Below, in pieces: positions 1 to 8,859 of a stretch of DNA of 53,520 bases (position 1 is the stretch's first letter; each line of letters starts with the position of its first letter). The stretch is from positions 1-53,520 of IMG/VR virus record IMGVR_UViG_3300046011_008859; one strand, 5' to 3'. Source of the DNA: a virus. Lineage: Duplodnaviria > Caudoviricetes. Below the pieces are notes generated by a model. The model did no database searches, was not told the DNA's origin, and saw only the letters and a list, made by a program, of their open reading frames with translations. The position numbers and the translations under genes were made by a program.

Positions 1-68
1 TCCATGGCAAACACCCTCAGGATCAAGCGCAGTTCCACTGCAAACGCTACCCCTACCGGCCTTCAGGC
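1..68 (+). repeat. Direct repeat of 52957-53024 (68 nt exact); second exact 90-nt block 159-248 = 53115-53204
   Basis: Manual alignment of the window start against the window end. Confidence 0.9.
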
Positions 69-696
69 CGGGGAACTTGCCGTCAACATCCCTGACAAGC
101 GGTTGTTCGTCGGTGATGGCACCAACTCTCAGGAGTTGACGCGCCGTGCGGCATCGGATACTGCGGGACGGGTGCAGTTGGCGGCAAGCACGGGCGCACT
201 GACAGACAGCGGAGGACTGCACTTTGACAGCACGAACAACACGCTGACGGTCAACACGCTACTGGTGCAAAGCACTGCTAGCGAAGGACTGCTCTACCAA
301 AACGCCAATCCGTCAAAGCCGCTAGTGCTTACGCACTCAAACATGGCAGATGGCGGCGAGATCATCATTGGCGATTACTTTCAGGACGGCAGCAGCACCA
401 CGATCACGGTGAATGACGAGGCCAATACGGTTACTGTCGCCGCAGAACTGGTCGTGCAAGGCGAAGTTTACTCCGCGCAACTAGTGTTGCCGGATTCGGA
501 TGGTTCTAACTCCATCACGCTGAAGTCGGCGGCGACCGTAACAAGCAACTACACGCTGACGCTTCCGGCCACGGCAGGGAGCAACGGACAAGTCCTCACC
601 ACCAACGGGACGGGTACCCTTTCGTGGACCACCCCCAGCGGGGGAAGCGGATCTTCAACTCCCGATTTCCTGCTCATCAGCGCAGGCATCATCTAG
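4..696 (+). CDS. Fibre-type virion protein (N-terminal IKR...GELA fibre-anchor motif)
   Basis: MANTLRIKRSS...LQAGELAVN..DKRLFVGDG N-terminus; Thr/Ser/Gly-rich body with LTLPATAGSNGQVLTTNGTGTLSW fibre motif; paralogue/allele at 52960. Confidence 0.7.
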   Translation: MANTLRIKRSSTANATPTGLQAGELAVNIPDKRLFVGDGTNSQELTRRAASDTAGRVQLAASTGALTDSGGLHFDSTNNTLTVNTLLVQSTASEGLLYQNANPSKPLVLTHSNMADGGEIIIGDYFQDGSSTTITVNDEANTVTVAAELVVQGEVYSAQLVLPDSDGSNSITLKSAATVTSNYTLTLPATAGSNGQVLTTNGTGTLSWTTPSGGSGSSTPDFLLISAGII

Positions 697-705
697 GATC
701 TTGAC

Positions 706-1119
706 ATGGCGACATCAGCCCAATACACGGCGCAGCCGATCCTTGAATACGCGCAGCTCACCACCGGTGAAGCGTCGCGTACCGCCCCCACCAACATCGT
801 GGAAATCTGCGCTGGTCCAAACGTGACTGCTGGCGCAGGCGTCGGCAAGCGCATCACCCGCATCACTTGCCACGGCACGGGCAACACAGCAAACGGCATG
901 ATCCGGTTCTGGCTGTCGCTTGACGGCGGAACGACCAAGCGCCTCATCCTTGAAAAGGCAAAGCCTTCCACCACGCCAAGCAGCGCTACTTCAGCAGCGA
1001 GGATCGAAGCCTCGGAGTTGGCAGGAATGATCCTGCCGGGAGGAACGGCCAACAAGTTGTACGCGACGATTCAGGACACCGAGACTTGGAACGTCATCGT
1101 GGAGTCGGCGCTGCTGTGA
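706..1119 (+). CDS. Hypothetical virion/fibre-associated protein
   Basis: 137-aa ORF closely following the fibre gene; beta-rich composition. Confidence 0.65.
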   Translation: MATSAQYTAQPILEYAQLTTGEASRTAPTNIVEICAGPNVTAGAGVGKRITRITCHGTGNTANGMIRFWLSLDGGTTKRLILEKAKPSTTPSSATSAARIEASELAGMILPGGTANKLYATIQDTETWNVIVESALL

Positions 1120-2111
1120 ACGAGGGCATCAACGGATTCCCACGTGGGTGGATGAGCCGCGCAGCCGTGGCGATGTACACCATTGACGAATCGCGTGCGA
1201 TCCTCAAGCAGGAGTTCAAGGTCGCCGGGACGTACAACAACATCACTCCTCCCGCTGGTGCTGGTGGCGTCACCGTCCTTGTGTACGGCGGCGGAGGTGG
1301 TGGACAAAGCGGTGGATACCAAGTCGCGGGGACCGTCGCGTCTGGCGGCGGAGGAGGGGGTGGAGGAGGCGTGGACTTGGTTTCCATGCGGCTGTCGTTC
1401 TGGCCTTCTCGGCTCGGGACGATCTACTTTCAGGTGATCGTCGGGTCAGGTGGAGCAGGCGGCGCAGCGCGAACGAGCATTGGAAACGGATTCGGTGGAT
1501 CAAGCGGTGGTACGTCCACTGTCAACCTGACGAACAGTGCACGTACCGTGCTGTCTCGCTTTGTGACTGCGGAAGGCGGAAGCGGAGGCTCCGGTTCGCC
1601 GGGACAGCGCAACGGAATCGGAGGACGCATTCAGCCGTGGGGAAGCAACCTACGGTCGCAGTCTGGCGGCGGTGTTGCCGGATGGAGTTCCGGCGGCTTC
1701 CGATTCCCTGCCTCTTGGGGCGGCGTTGGCAACTTCGCACCATCCCACGCCTATAGTTGCGGAGGCGGTGGTTCTGGCGGCGTGGTCAACACGGACGGCA
1801 CCTCCAAGCAGGCAGGCGGCGCGGGCGGATACGGCGCGTACTTCTTCGACAGCATCTACCGTGCTGATGACGGAGGCACGGGCACAGGCGCTGATGCCGC
1901 GGAAGAAGAAATCATCTTTGGAGGCGTCGGCGGCAACGGCGGATATTCGGCGGGCACTGCTGATGGGGCCGCGTTTGCAGGAGGGGCTGGTATCAGAGGT
2001 GGAGGCGGTGGTGGGGGCGGCGGTTGCGTCACCCCGTCCAATGGCACGCACAACAGCGGAGGAGGTGGCGCAGGCGGGCCCGGATACGTCATGCTCCTTT
2101 GGACTCCTTGA
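1116..2111 (+). CDS. Glycine-rich protein (likely tail/fibre associated)
   Basis: GTG start overlapping the upstream TGA; many GGGGG runs and GGxGGxG repeats typical of phage glycine-rich domain proteins. Confidence 0.7.
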   Translation: MNEGINGFPRGWMSRAAVAMYTIDESRAILKQEFKVAGTYNNITPPAGAGGVTVLVYGGGGGGQSGGYQVAGTVASGGGGGGGGGVDLVSMRLSFWPSRLGTIYFQVIVGSGGAGGAARTSIGNGFGGSSGGTSTVNLTNSARTVLSRFVTAEGGSGGSGSPGQRNGIGGRIQPWGSNLRSQSGGGVAGWSSGGFRFPASWGGVGNFAPSHAYSCGGGGSGGVVNTDGTSKQAGGAGGYGAYFFDSIYRADDGGTGTGADAAEEEIIFGGVGGNGGYSAGTADGAAFAGGAGIRGGGGGGGGGCVTPSNGTHNSGGGGAGGPGYVMLLWTP

Positions 2112-2112
2112 C

Positions 2113-2292
2113 ATGGAACGCTACGCAGTCATCCAAGAGGCAGACAACATCGTCCGCACCATCGTCGCGGTCGCGCCGGATCAGGCGTGGCATTGCGACG
2201 ACAACTGCTTCCCTGTCCTGCTGAACGCAGGCGAGAACTGCGACATGGGGTGGACGTACTACGCAGACGAGACTCCGAGGTTCGTCCCGTGA
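2113..2292 (+). CDS. Small hypothetical protein (possible fibre chaperone)
   Basis: MERYAVIQEADNIVRTIV...MGWTY; ATG 1 nt after the upstream stop; small genes of this kind commonly follow Gly-rich fibre genes. Confidence 0.6.
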   Translation: MERYAVIQEADNIVRTIVAVAPDQAWHCDDNCFPVLLNAGENCDMGWTYYADETPRFVP

Positions 2293-2294
2293 CC

Positions 2295-2498
2295 ATGGAG
2301 CCAGGCTCAAACGTGGTGAAGCTCTCGCCGGGAGACTGGGCGAAGATCGCCGGCGTGGCAATCACGTTGTTCGGGAGCCTGATCGGGGTCTACATCCACC
2401 ACGACCGCCTGCTCACCCAGCTCATCGTCCAGCAGCAGTACACGAACACCCGCCTGGACAAGATCGAGACGAAGCTTTATGAAACGCCTCACCGCTAG
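2295..2498 (+). CDS. Single-TM membrane protein (holin-like candidate)
   Basis: WAKIAGVAITLFGSLIGVYI hydrophobic segment followed by a coiled-coil-like tail RLDKIETKL. Confidence 0.55.
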   Translation: MEPGSNVVKLSPGDWAKIAGVAITLFGSLIGVYIHHDRLLTQLIVQQQYTNTRLDKIETKLYETPHR

Positions 2499-2958
2499 CC
2501 TCCTGCTGGTGGGGTGTAGCGCGACGGAGCGGGTATCGGACAACACGAACGAGATCCGGGCAGAAGCCCGCGCCCTGTCCGTGCACGGGGAATCCATCCA
2601 AGACAAGGAGGTAGTCACCCGTGCCGACAGAATCTACGAACTGGCTGCCGATATCCATGCTCAGCTTCCTGGCCTTGAGGACCGTACCCCTGCGTGGATG
2701 GAAACGCTCATTTGGGTGGCTGGCTCCGTGGTTGCCGTTGCAGTCGTCATTGTCCTGTGGCAGACCGGACTGGGCCAGGCCATCCGGATTGCCGTCGGCT
2801 GGATCCCGCGCAAGAAGGTTTCGGATGCGGACCTTGCCAGCCGAATGCTCGATGACAAATCACCTGAGGATGCCCGCGAATATGTCGCTGCGCGGCGGGC
2901 ATCTGACCCGGAGTTCGATGCTGCGTGGCGACGCATTCACAAAAAGGAAACAGCATGA
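2479..2958 (+). CDS. Lipoprotein with an additional internal TM helix (u-spanin-like architecture)
   Basis: MKRLTASLLLVG-C lipobox at Cys13; TM segment TLIWVAGSVVAVAVVIVLW. Confidence 0.6.
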   Translation: MKRLTASLLLVGCSATERVSDNTNEIRAEARALSVHGESIQDKEVVTRADRIYELAADIHAQLPGLEDRTPAWMETLIWVAGSVVAVAVVIVLWQTGLGQAIRIAVGWIPRKKVSDADLASRMLDDKSPEDAREYVAARRASDPEFDAAWRRIHKKETA

Positions 2959-3071
2959 TCCTCGCTGACTTCTCCTCTTTCCTCGGTAGCCTTTGGTTTG
3001 CAGCCCTGCTTGGTGCGGTCGGCTTCGTGGCTGGCTGGTACCTGTGCAAGAAGCATGGCTCCAAGATCTGA
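2955..3071 (+). CDS. 38-aa single-TM peptide (not in the ORF track)
   Basis: MILADFSSFLGSLWFAALLGAVGFVAGWYLCKKHGSKI; AAGGA upstream; ATGA and TGATG overlaps with both neighbours. Confidence 0.65.
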   Translation: MILADFSSFLGSLWFAALLGAVGFVAGWYLCKKHGSKI

Positions 3072-4009
3072 TGTCGAACACTACCTTGGGATCGAATCCT
3101 AAGGCCCCGTTTCAGGTGAGGGCAGCGACAAGGAACATCCACCTTGTCGATCTCGATTGCACCTCGAAAACGGATGAGTGGTGGTTCCTGCTGTCCGGGG
3201 ACCGCCACCACGACAACCCGCACGCAGACCATGAACTTGAGCTCAAGCACCTGGATGAAGCGGTTGAGCGTCGCGCTGGCATCATCGATGTCGGCGATCT
3301 GTTCTGCGCCATGGAAGGCAAGTTCGATCCTCGCCGCAACAAGGCGGGCATTCGCGAAGAGCATGCACTGGCTGCGGACTACCTCGATTCCCTAGTCCGC
3401 CACGCCTCCGACTTCTACGCGCCGTACGCAAAGAACTTCGTCGTGATTGGCCGGGGCAATCACGAATCAGCGATCCTGAAGAACTGCGAGACGGACCTGA
3501 CCGAGCGGCTGTGCGAGCGCATAAGCCAGCAGACCGGGCACAAGGTGTATCCCGGAGGCTACGGCGGCTGGCTCCGTTTCAACATCAACCTTGACACCGA
3601 GCGGTTCACCCTGTCCCTCAAGTACTTCCACGGGGCTGGTGGGGCTGCGCTCATGTCCTTCGATACGCTCAAGGTCCGTCGCAACGCGGCGGTCATGCCG
3701 GACGCGGACGTGATCGTGCAGGGCCACGTCCACAAGCAGTGGTTCATGCCGCTGTCCCGCGAGCGACTTGTCTGCGACAAGGCCGGCTGCCGCGTGGTCA
3801 GCGACATCCAGTACCACGTCCGCACCGGGACGTACAAGGACGAGTTCGGTGACGGCCACAGCGGCTGGCACATCGAGCAGGGCCGAGGACCCGAGGTGCA
3901 GGGCGCGGTGTGGATGCGGCTCTACCTCGCGAAGCAGGCCGGCAAGACGATCAGCGGCGACCGCAAGACCTACTACCAGCTCACGCCTGAGTTCCACCTC
4001 GCGCACTGA
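3071..4009 (+). CDS. Calcineurin-like metallophosphoesterase
   Basis: Motifs GDRHHD, VGDLF, GNHE, FHG and GHVH in canonical order. Confidence 0.85.
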   Translation: MSNTTLGSNPKAPFQVRAATRNIHLVDLDCTSKTDEWWFLLSGDRHHDNPHADHELELKHLDEAVERRAGIIDVGDLFCAMEGKFDPRRNKAGIREEHALAADYLDSLVRHASDFYAPYAKNFVVIGRGNHESAILKNCETDLTERLCERISQQTGHKVYPGGYGGWLRFNINLDTERFTLSLKYFHGAGGAALMSFDTLKVRRNAAVMPDADVIVQGHVHKQWFMPLSRERLVCDKAGCRVVSDIQYHVRTGTYKDEFGDGHSGWHIEQGRGPEVQGAVWMRLYLAKQAGKTISGDRKTYYQLTPEFHLAH

Positions 4010-4021
4010 ACCCCACCAGCC

Positions 4022-4294
4022 ATGGCGAAGGGCGATCGAATCCTCCGCATCCGTGGCCAGCGATGGCGACTCAGGTTCGTGCCCCACCTGGGGGACGCGG
4101 AGGGCTTGTGCCACAAGCAGGAGCGCGTGATCCGCATTGCACGCGGCTACCCCGAGGAGCGGACCATGGACTCGATCATCCATGAGATCCTGCACGCGGC
4201 GCTGTGGGACCTGGACGAAGAGGCGGTGAACGAGACGGCCAACGCAATCTCCGCCGCACTCTGGCGTCTGGGCTACCGCCGGCCCGGAACTTAA
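4022..4294 (+). CDS. Small HExxH zinc-metallopeptidase-like protein
   Basis: SIIHEILHA motif followed by EE in a 90-aa ORF. Confidence 0.65.
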   Translation: MAKGDRILRIRGQRWRLRFVPHLGDAEGLCHKQERVIRIARGYPEERTMDSIIHEILHAALWDLDEEAVNETANAISAALWRLGYRRPGT

Positions 4295-4300
4295 ACTTCC

Positions 4301-4323
4301 ACTTGTAAGAAACTCTTACAAGT
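4301..4323. promoter_or_regulatory. Perfect AT-rich inverted repeat (operator-like or hairpin)
   Basis: ACTTGTAAGA-AAC-TCTTACAAGT, 10-bp arms, at the start of a 324-nt intergenic region. Confidence 0.5.
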
Positions 4324-4618
4324 CTTCATTACCGCGTACGTGGGATCGACAGTCCCAAATAACGTGTACGGACTCACCACACTTGTGAAGATCTGTAGCA
4401 CTTTCTATCCGGCGACCGACAATTCATCACAGCCGCCGTGTGGGATTCCCACTACCCACATTGCCGGGGAACACACGGCATCTTGTTGTTAGCTTCCGAC
4501 CGAAGCGAGCGATTAGATCAACGGCGGTGAAGCAGATACTACACCCTCTTCCCCTAGAGTCGCGCACGCGGGGAGGCGCGGTGCGCCCCGCGTGCGCTCA
4601 ACCCCAGGAGTCCCGACT

Positions 4619-5848
4619 ATGCCCCCACCAACCGTCTCAGTCAGCTACCCAACGTCCGTATGTGACCCGGTTTCACCCTGGCTTGAAAGCCACGGGATCT
4701 TCGCCCGGACCCCCCTCATTCGGTCCAGCGACTACCGCCTCGTCCGGTCGTGCCCACGCACATATTATCTGTCACGCCGTCTGGGGCTCGTAAAAGCCTT
4801 CCAGTACAGCCGGGCCCTCAGCCGGGGCTCATGGGTACACCTGGCCTTCGCGTGCATCTTGGACGATCCTAGCGATCGTGCCGTGACGCTAGAGCAAGCC
4901 GTGGTCGCCCGGTGCGAGGAACTGCGGGACGTGGCCAAGACCCTTGGCAGCTCCTCGGACAAGATCCGGGAGATCGTCGCCCGTGAGGAGCAGGACGCCC
5001 GTGTCAGCATCGCGTGGTTCAATGCCGCCCTCCAGGTCCCGGACGGATCCGGACGCACCATCGCCCAGCGTTTCCGCGATGACTGGCAGATCGTGGAGCA
5101 GGAACCGGAGATCGCGTTCAAGGACTGCCTCATTCAGCCCGACTGCCTCGTCCGGGACAAGGCCGGCAAACTCTGGATCGTGGACTTCAAGACCACGGCC
5201 ATGTCCACCAACGCCCGTCTCCAGACCTGCCCCCTCGAGTTCCAGACCCAGCACTACTTCAACACCATGCTTCGCCGCACGGCCGCAGACCCAGCCGCCG
5301 CAGCGCAGTGGTCCGCACCCGACCGCATCGGCGGCGTCCTGCACATCGCCGTGCGCAAGCCGTCCATCGAGTTCGGCATGCGTGACCGTCCGTTCACCAT
5401 GGACCTGAGCCCGTTCAAGTCCGGCCCACGCAAGGGCGAGCCCCGCAATGAGAAGATCTTCCACGGCGAACCGGACCCGTACCTCTACGAGCAGCGTTGC
5501 CTCGACTGGTACATCGGTCGCGGCGAGTACCTGCACAACGAACCCGAACGGCTCACCGATCCGTGCGTCGCGATTTCCACCACTTCCGCCGAACTGCTGC
5601 TTTCCGCCGAAGTACAGGCCGAGTACAATGCTCGCTTGTCCTTCGTGCGGAGATACAGGGAGCAAGCCGCAGAACCCGGCAACTACGAGATTGGGGATCC
5701 GGTCGTACAGCACGGCACGCCGTCGCCTTACCTCCCGTTCCACATGATCGAACCCGGCAAGTGGCCTGACCTGATCCTCACCGAAGGTTTCCTGCAGCGT
5801 GACAGAGACACCTTCACGGAGACGGATCTTGGAGAACCAGCAACCTGA
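4619..5848 (+). CDS. PD-(D/E)XK family exonuclease (RecB/Cas4-like fold)
   Basis: SSDY..SCPR.YY, RGSWVH, EQEPEI, PDCL, IVDFKT and QxxxY motifs; AGGAG upstream of the ATG. Confidence 0.8.
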   Translation: MPPPTVSVSYPTSVCDPVSPWLESHGIFARTPLIRSSDYRLVRSCPRTYYLSRRLGLVKAFQYSRALSRGSWVHLAFACILDDPSDRAVTLEQAVVARCEELRDVAKTLGSSSDKIREIVAREEQDARVSIAWFNAALQVPDGSGRTIAQRFRDDWQIVEQEPEIAFKDCLIQPDCLVRDKAGKLWIVDFKTTAMSTNARLQTCPLEFQTQHYFNTMLRRTAADPAAAAQWSAPDRIGGVLHIAVRKPSIEFGMRDRPFTMDLSPFKSGPRKGEPRNEKIFHGEPDPYLYEQRCLDWYIGRGEYLHNEPERLTDPCVAISTTSAELLLSAEVQAEYNARLSFVRRYREQAAEPGNYEIGDPVVQHGTPSPYLPFHMIEPGKWPDLILTEGFLQRDRDTFTETDLGEPAT

Positions 5849-6338
5849 GGAGAAGTCCCCCACCAGCCGCGAGTCTGGCAAGTCGGTCCTCGGCCCGGAG
5901 ATGTGGTCCGAAGTCCTGCAGCGCGTGATCGCACCACGCATCGCATCGGCAATCCGCCTCGATCCCCCCATCGAGAACAGGCACGAACTGCACAAGCGGT
6001 TCTGCGAGCTGAACTCGGTGCGCATCTCGTACTCCACCTTCAGCGGGTGGTGCGAGGATCTGGGCATCACGTTCCGCAAGCGCATCGAAGTCACCATCCC
6101 CGGCTGGAAGCCAGTGTCACAGCCGGTCAAGATCCCGTTCCGTGCCGTGTCGGAGACGGGCCCCGAGAACTCGCCCACCATCGAAGTGTCCATCTCCCCG
6201 GAGCCGGACGTTCCGATCACGTGGGATCCGCCGAAGCCCCCACCATCCCAGGTGTTCGGAGATGACGGACTTCCCAACATCCTGCCAGGCGGCATGCGTG
6301 GTCCCGCCTTCCTGGAATCCAAAGACTACGCAAACTAA
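5829..6338 (+). CDS. Hypothetical protein (possible DNA-binding N-terminal half, Pro-rich tail)
   Basis: ORF fills the gap between the nuclease and the ATPase; start uncertain (TTG 5829 with GGAG upstream). Confidence 0.55.
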   Translation: MENQQPEEKSPTSRESGKSVLGPEMWSEVLQRVIAPRIASAIRLDPPIENRHELHKRFCELNSVRISYSTFSGWCEDLGITFRKRIEVTIPGWKPVSQPVKIPFRAVSETGPENSPTIEVSISPEPDVPITWDPPKPPPSQVFGDDGLPNILPGGMRGPAFLESKDYAN

Positions 6339-6347
6339 GGAGTCATC

Positions 6348-7247
6348 ATGACACACTCCGTCACTCACGGTTCCACAATCGCCTCCAAGTACGCAGGGCT
6401 CGGCAATGCCGTTTCTACTGGTCGTAGCGTTCCTTCTCGCATGCTTGGACTCGTGGTCGGAGAGGCAGGCTGCGGCAAGTCCTTCCTCCTCCAGTCCCAT
6501 CCGGGTGCGTACATCCTCAATCTGGACGAGACTCCTGCGGTTTGCTCGACCAGCGAAGCCGTCATGTTCCCCACGCCCGGCCCTGACGGACGCTCCATCG
6601 ATGAGCGCGGCAACCCGGTCGTGATCGACTGGGCTGCGCTCGAGGCCAAGCACAAGGTCCTTCTCGACCTTGCCAAGAGCAACCAACCCCGACCAGAAAC
6701 CGTCGTCATCGACACGCTCGGTGCGGCGATCCGCCTGCTGCGTCCGCACATCGCCAAGCTCTACGGCCGCGAGCGGTTCACGGACGTCGATGGCCGGCTG
6801 GGCTGGGAGCGCTTGTTCGACACGCTCATCGAGTTCGGCACGAGCCTGCGCCGGCATGGGTACGGCGTCTACTACATTGCCCACCTGTCCCGCAAGCACG
6901 TTCCGCTCAGCGAGAACCAGCACGTCGAGGAGTACAAGATCCTCATCTCGGACGGCCTGTACGCGCGCATGTTCCCCATGTTCGACATCGTCATACCCGT
7001 CACGGCCCAGTGGGACACCCGCGAAGTCGTGACCGAGCAGACGGTGGAGATCAACGGCAAGCCCGTGAGCCGCAAGGTCACGAGCCAGCAGAAGATCCGC
7101 AGGCACTACGCCTCGTTCGACAACCCCAAGCTCGACGGCATCGCGAAGGTCCGCACGCTCACCCCGCTCTCGACCTTCGAGCTGCCGCGTGAGAATGCGT
7201 GGCAATCCTTCTGCGCCGCGTACGAGAGCGCGAACGCGGTCCGCTGA
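6348..7247 (+). CDS. AAA_24/Sak4-like P-loop ATPase (recombination)
   Basis: Walker A GEAGCGKS, Walker B VVIDTL, YIAH; TAAGGAG RBS; lies between nuclease and SSB. Confidence 0.75.
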   Translation: MTHSVTHGSTIASKYAGLGNAVSTGRSVPSRMLGLVVGEAGCGKSFLLQSHPGAYILNLDETPAVCSTSEAVMFPTPGPDGRSIDERGNPVVIDWAALEAKHKVLLDLAKSNQPRPETVVIDTLGAAIRLLRPHIAKLYGRERFTDVDGRLGWERLFDTLIEFGTSLRRHGYGVYYIAHLSRKHVPLSENQHVEEYKILISDGLYARMFPMFDIVIPVTAQWDTREVVTEQTVEINGKPVSRKVTSQQKIRRHYASFDNPKLDGIAKVRTLTPLSTFELPRENAWQSFCAAYESANAVR

Positions 7248-7327
7248 CGCGGGAACCGCGTTCGCTTCCCAGACTCTGTTTCGTTTGTTTCGTTTCGTTT
7301 CTTTCACCCCTCTTTACGGAGCATCAG

Positions 7328-7849
7328 ATGCCCATTGAGAACAACGTCAAGGCCATGTTCAACTCGCTCAACAACACCTTCGCGCAGGCCCAGCCCGACA
7401 ACGGCATGGGTGCTGGCGGTTGGTGGCCCGCCGAAGGCCAGCACGACGTGTTCGTGTCCAGCCTCAACGTGCGTGCCAGCGAGTTCAAGATGCCTGACGG
7501 CCAGAAGGTCCCCGGCACCGAGATCGTGTTCCGGTACCAGCTCATCAACGATCCTGACCAGCCCAACGAGCCCCGTTCCTTCGACGGTTCCTCGTTCCGG
7601 CTCCCGCAGGACACATCGTCCCTCGATGACAAGGGCCGCATGCGTGTCGAGATCGAGATGCGCCGCCTGAAGGGCCACCTTCAGACCATCCTCCGCCGCG
7701 ATGTCAAGGACATTGCCACGGCTCTCGCCGAGGCAGATGCACGCATCAACGGCGACCAGGCCGTGGCGGTCGTGGTCAAGTGCCAGTACGACAACGTCAA
7801 CGGCCGAACCTATCGCAAGGACTTCCTTGTGAAGCCCCTCGCGTCCTGA
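7328..7849 (+). CDS. Putative ssDNA-binding protein (DUF669-like)
   Basis: WPAEGQHDVFV beta-rich OB-like pattern; typical position after an AAA_24 ATPase. Confidence 0.55.
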   Translation: MPIENNVKAMFNSLNNTFAQAQPDNGMGAGGWWPAEGQHDVFVSSLNVRASEFKMPDGQKVPGTEIVFRYQLINDPDQPNEPRSFDGSSFRLPQDTSSLDDKGRMRVEIEMRRLKGHLQTILRRDVKDIATALAEADARINGDQAVAVVVKCQYDNVNGRTYRKDFLVKPLAS

Positions 7850-7875
7850 TACACTCACCAGTCACCCCACCAGCC

Positions 7876-7910
7876 GGGGGCGGGTAGCCCGCAAAGCTCC
7901 CGCCCCCTTT
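7876..7910 (+). terminator. Probable intrinsic terminator; second hairpin at 7927-7968
   Basis: GGGGGCGGG...CCCGCCCCC then TTT; CCCCCTGGC...GCCAGGGGG then TTTT. Confidence 0.5.
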
Positions 7911-7988
7911 CAGAGCCCCCGGATAGCCCCCTGGCTGCGACCTTCGACGGAACGCGCCAGGGGGTTTTCCCGGAGGGGGAAGGAACCC

Positions 7989-8426
7989 ATGTACCAGACC
8001 CGGTTCGTCTACCAACTGCCACTCGAACGAGCCGGAGAAGTTGCGGCCCACGTCACGAACGCGATGCAGGAAACCGCGATGCCTCCCGCGAACGTGCGGG
8101 TGCAGCCGGCTGATGACCTTGTCTTCGCGACGATCACGTACATGACGCCCACGCTGACCGAGAGCGACCAGCTCATCCAGTCGTGGAAAGCTATCGACGT
8201 GGCCGTGCAGGTGGAGCGCACTCATCGCCTGGACCCGGACCAGGTGGACTCGCTGCTTCTCGCGGGGAAGAACGGGCGCGAGCTTCGCCGCGCCCTAGCC
8301 CGCGCGATTCGCGAACTGTGCGTTCGCGGGGTGGGCTCGAAAGGCATCCTCGAGTACCTGCACGAGTGCGAGGAGATCGTCTCGGAGGCCTGCGAATTCG
8401 TAGAATCGCAGCGTGCACAACTCTGA
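7989..8426 (+). CDS. Hypothetical protein
   Basis: 145-aa ORF with AAGGA RBS and protein-like composition. Confidence 0.65.
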   Translation: MYQTRFVYQLPLERAGEVAAHVTNAMQETAMPPANVRVQPADDLVFATITYMTPTLTESDQLIQSWKAIDVAVQVERTHRLDPDQVDSLLLAGKNGRELRRALARAIRELCVRGVGSKGILEYLHECEEIVSEACEFVESQRAQL

Positions 8427-8859
8427 ACACGGGCTCTCCGCAGTCCTCTACCAGCACCCCGGCGAGCCACTCTCCATCACGGGCCCCAGCCCCTTCGTCG
8501 AAACCACGGAACCCCTCCCCGCGCACGTCGGCCTCCACCAAACCCCCACGGGCTGGTGGGGCGTCGTCACGCACACCCTTCCGCAGCAGCACCCGCAGGA
8601 CACCCTGCACCACTACGAACCCCACCTGCCACCCTGCGTGTGGTTCGGGCAGTGCGCGAACATCGGCCTCTACCTGCTGCCTACCCGCGAGAAGGTCGTG
8701 TCCGCACGCATCCGCGAGTCAGGCCTGCTCGGCATGAAGTCCTACCTCATGCACGAGATGGGCAAGGACAAGGCCGAGTCCCGGTTCGAGAAGCGCCGCA
8801 TCCCAGCCGGCGTCAGGTTCCTTCCCGGTCGCCACCTGCAGCTTTGGTTTTCCCTCTAG
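8413..8859 (+). CDS. Hypothetical protein
   Basis: 148-aa ORF overlapping the upstream gene; last plus-strand gene before the convergence point. Confidence 0.55.
   Translation: MHNSEHGLSAVLYQHPGEPLSITGPSPFVETTEPLPAHVGLHQTPTGWWGVVTHTLPQQHPQDTLHHYEPHLPPCVWFGQCANIGLYLLPTREKVVSARIRESGLLGMKSYLMHEMGKDKAESRFEKRRIPAGVRFLPGRHLQLWFSL

Noticed and set aside
1-420. Diversity-generating retroelement TR/VR pair
   Set aside because: Differences are not adenine-specific, the repeat is N-terminal, and no reverse transcriptase is present.
4619-5848. True Cas4 or CRISPR-associated gene
   Set aside because: Lacks the C-terminal three-cysteine Fe-S motif; no cas genes or array; context is a recombination module.
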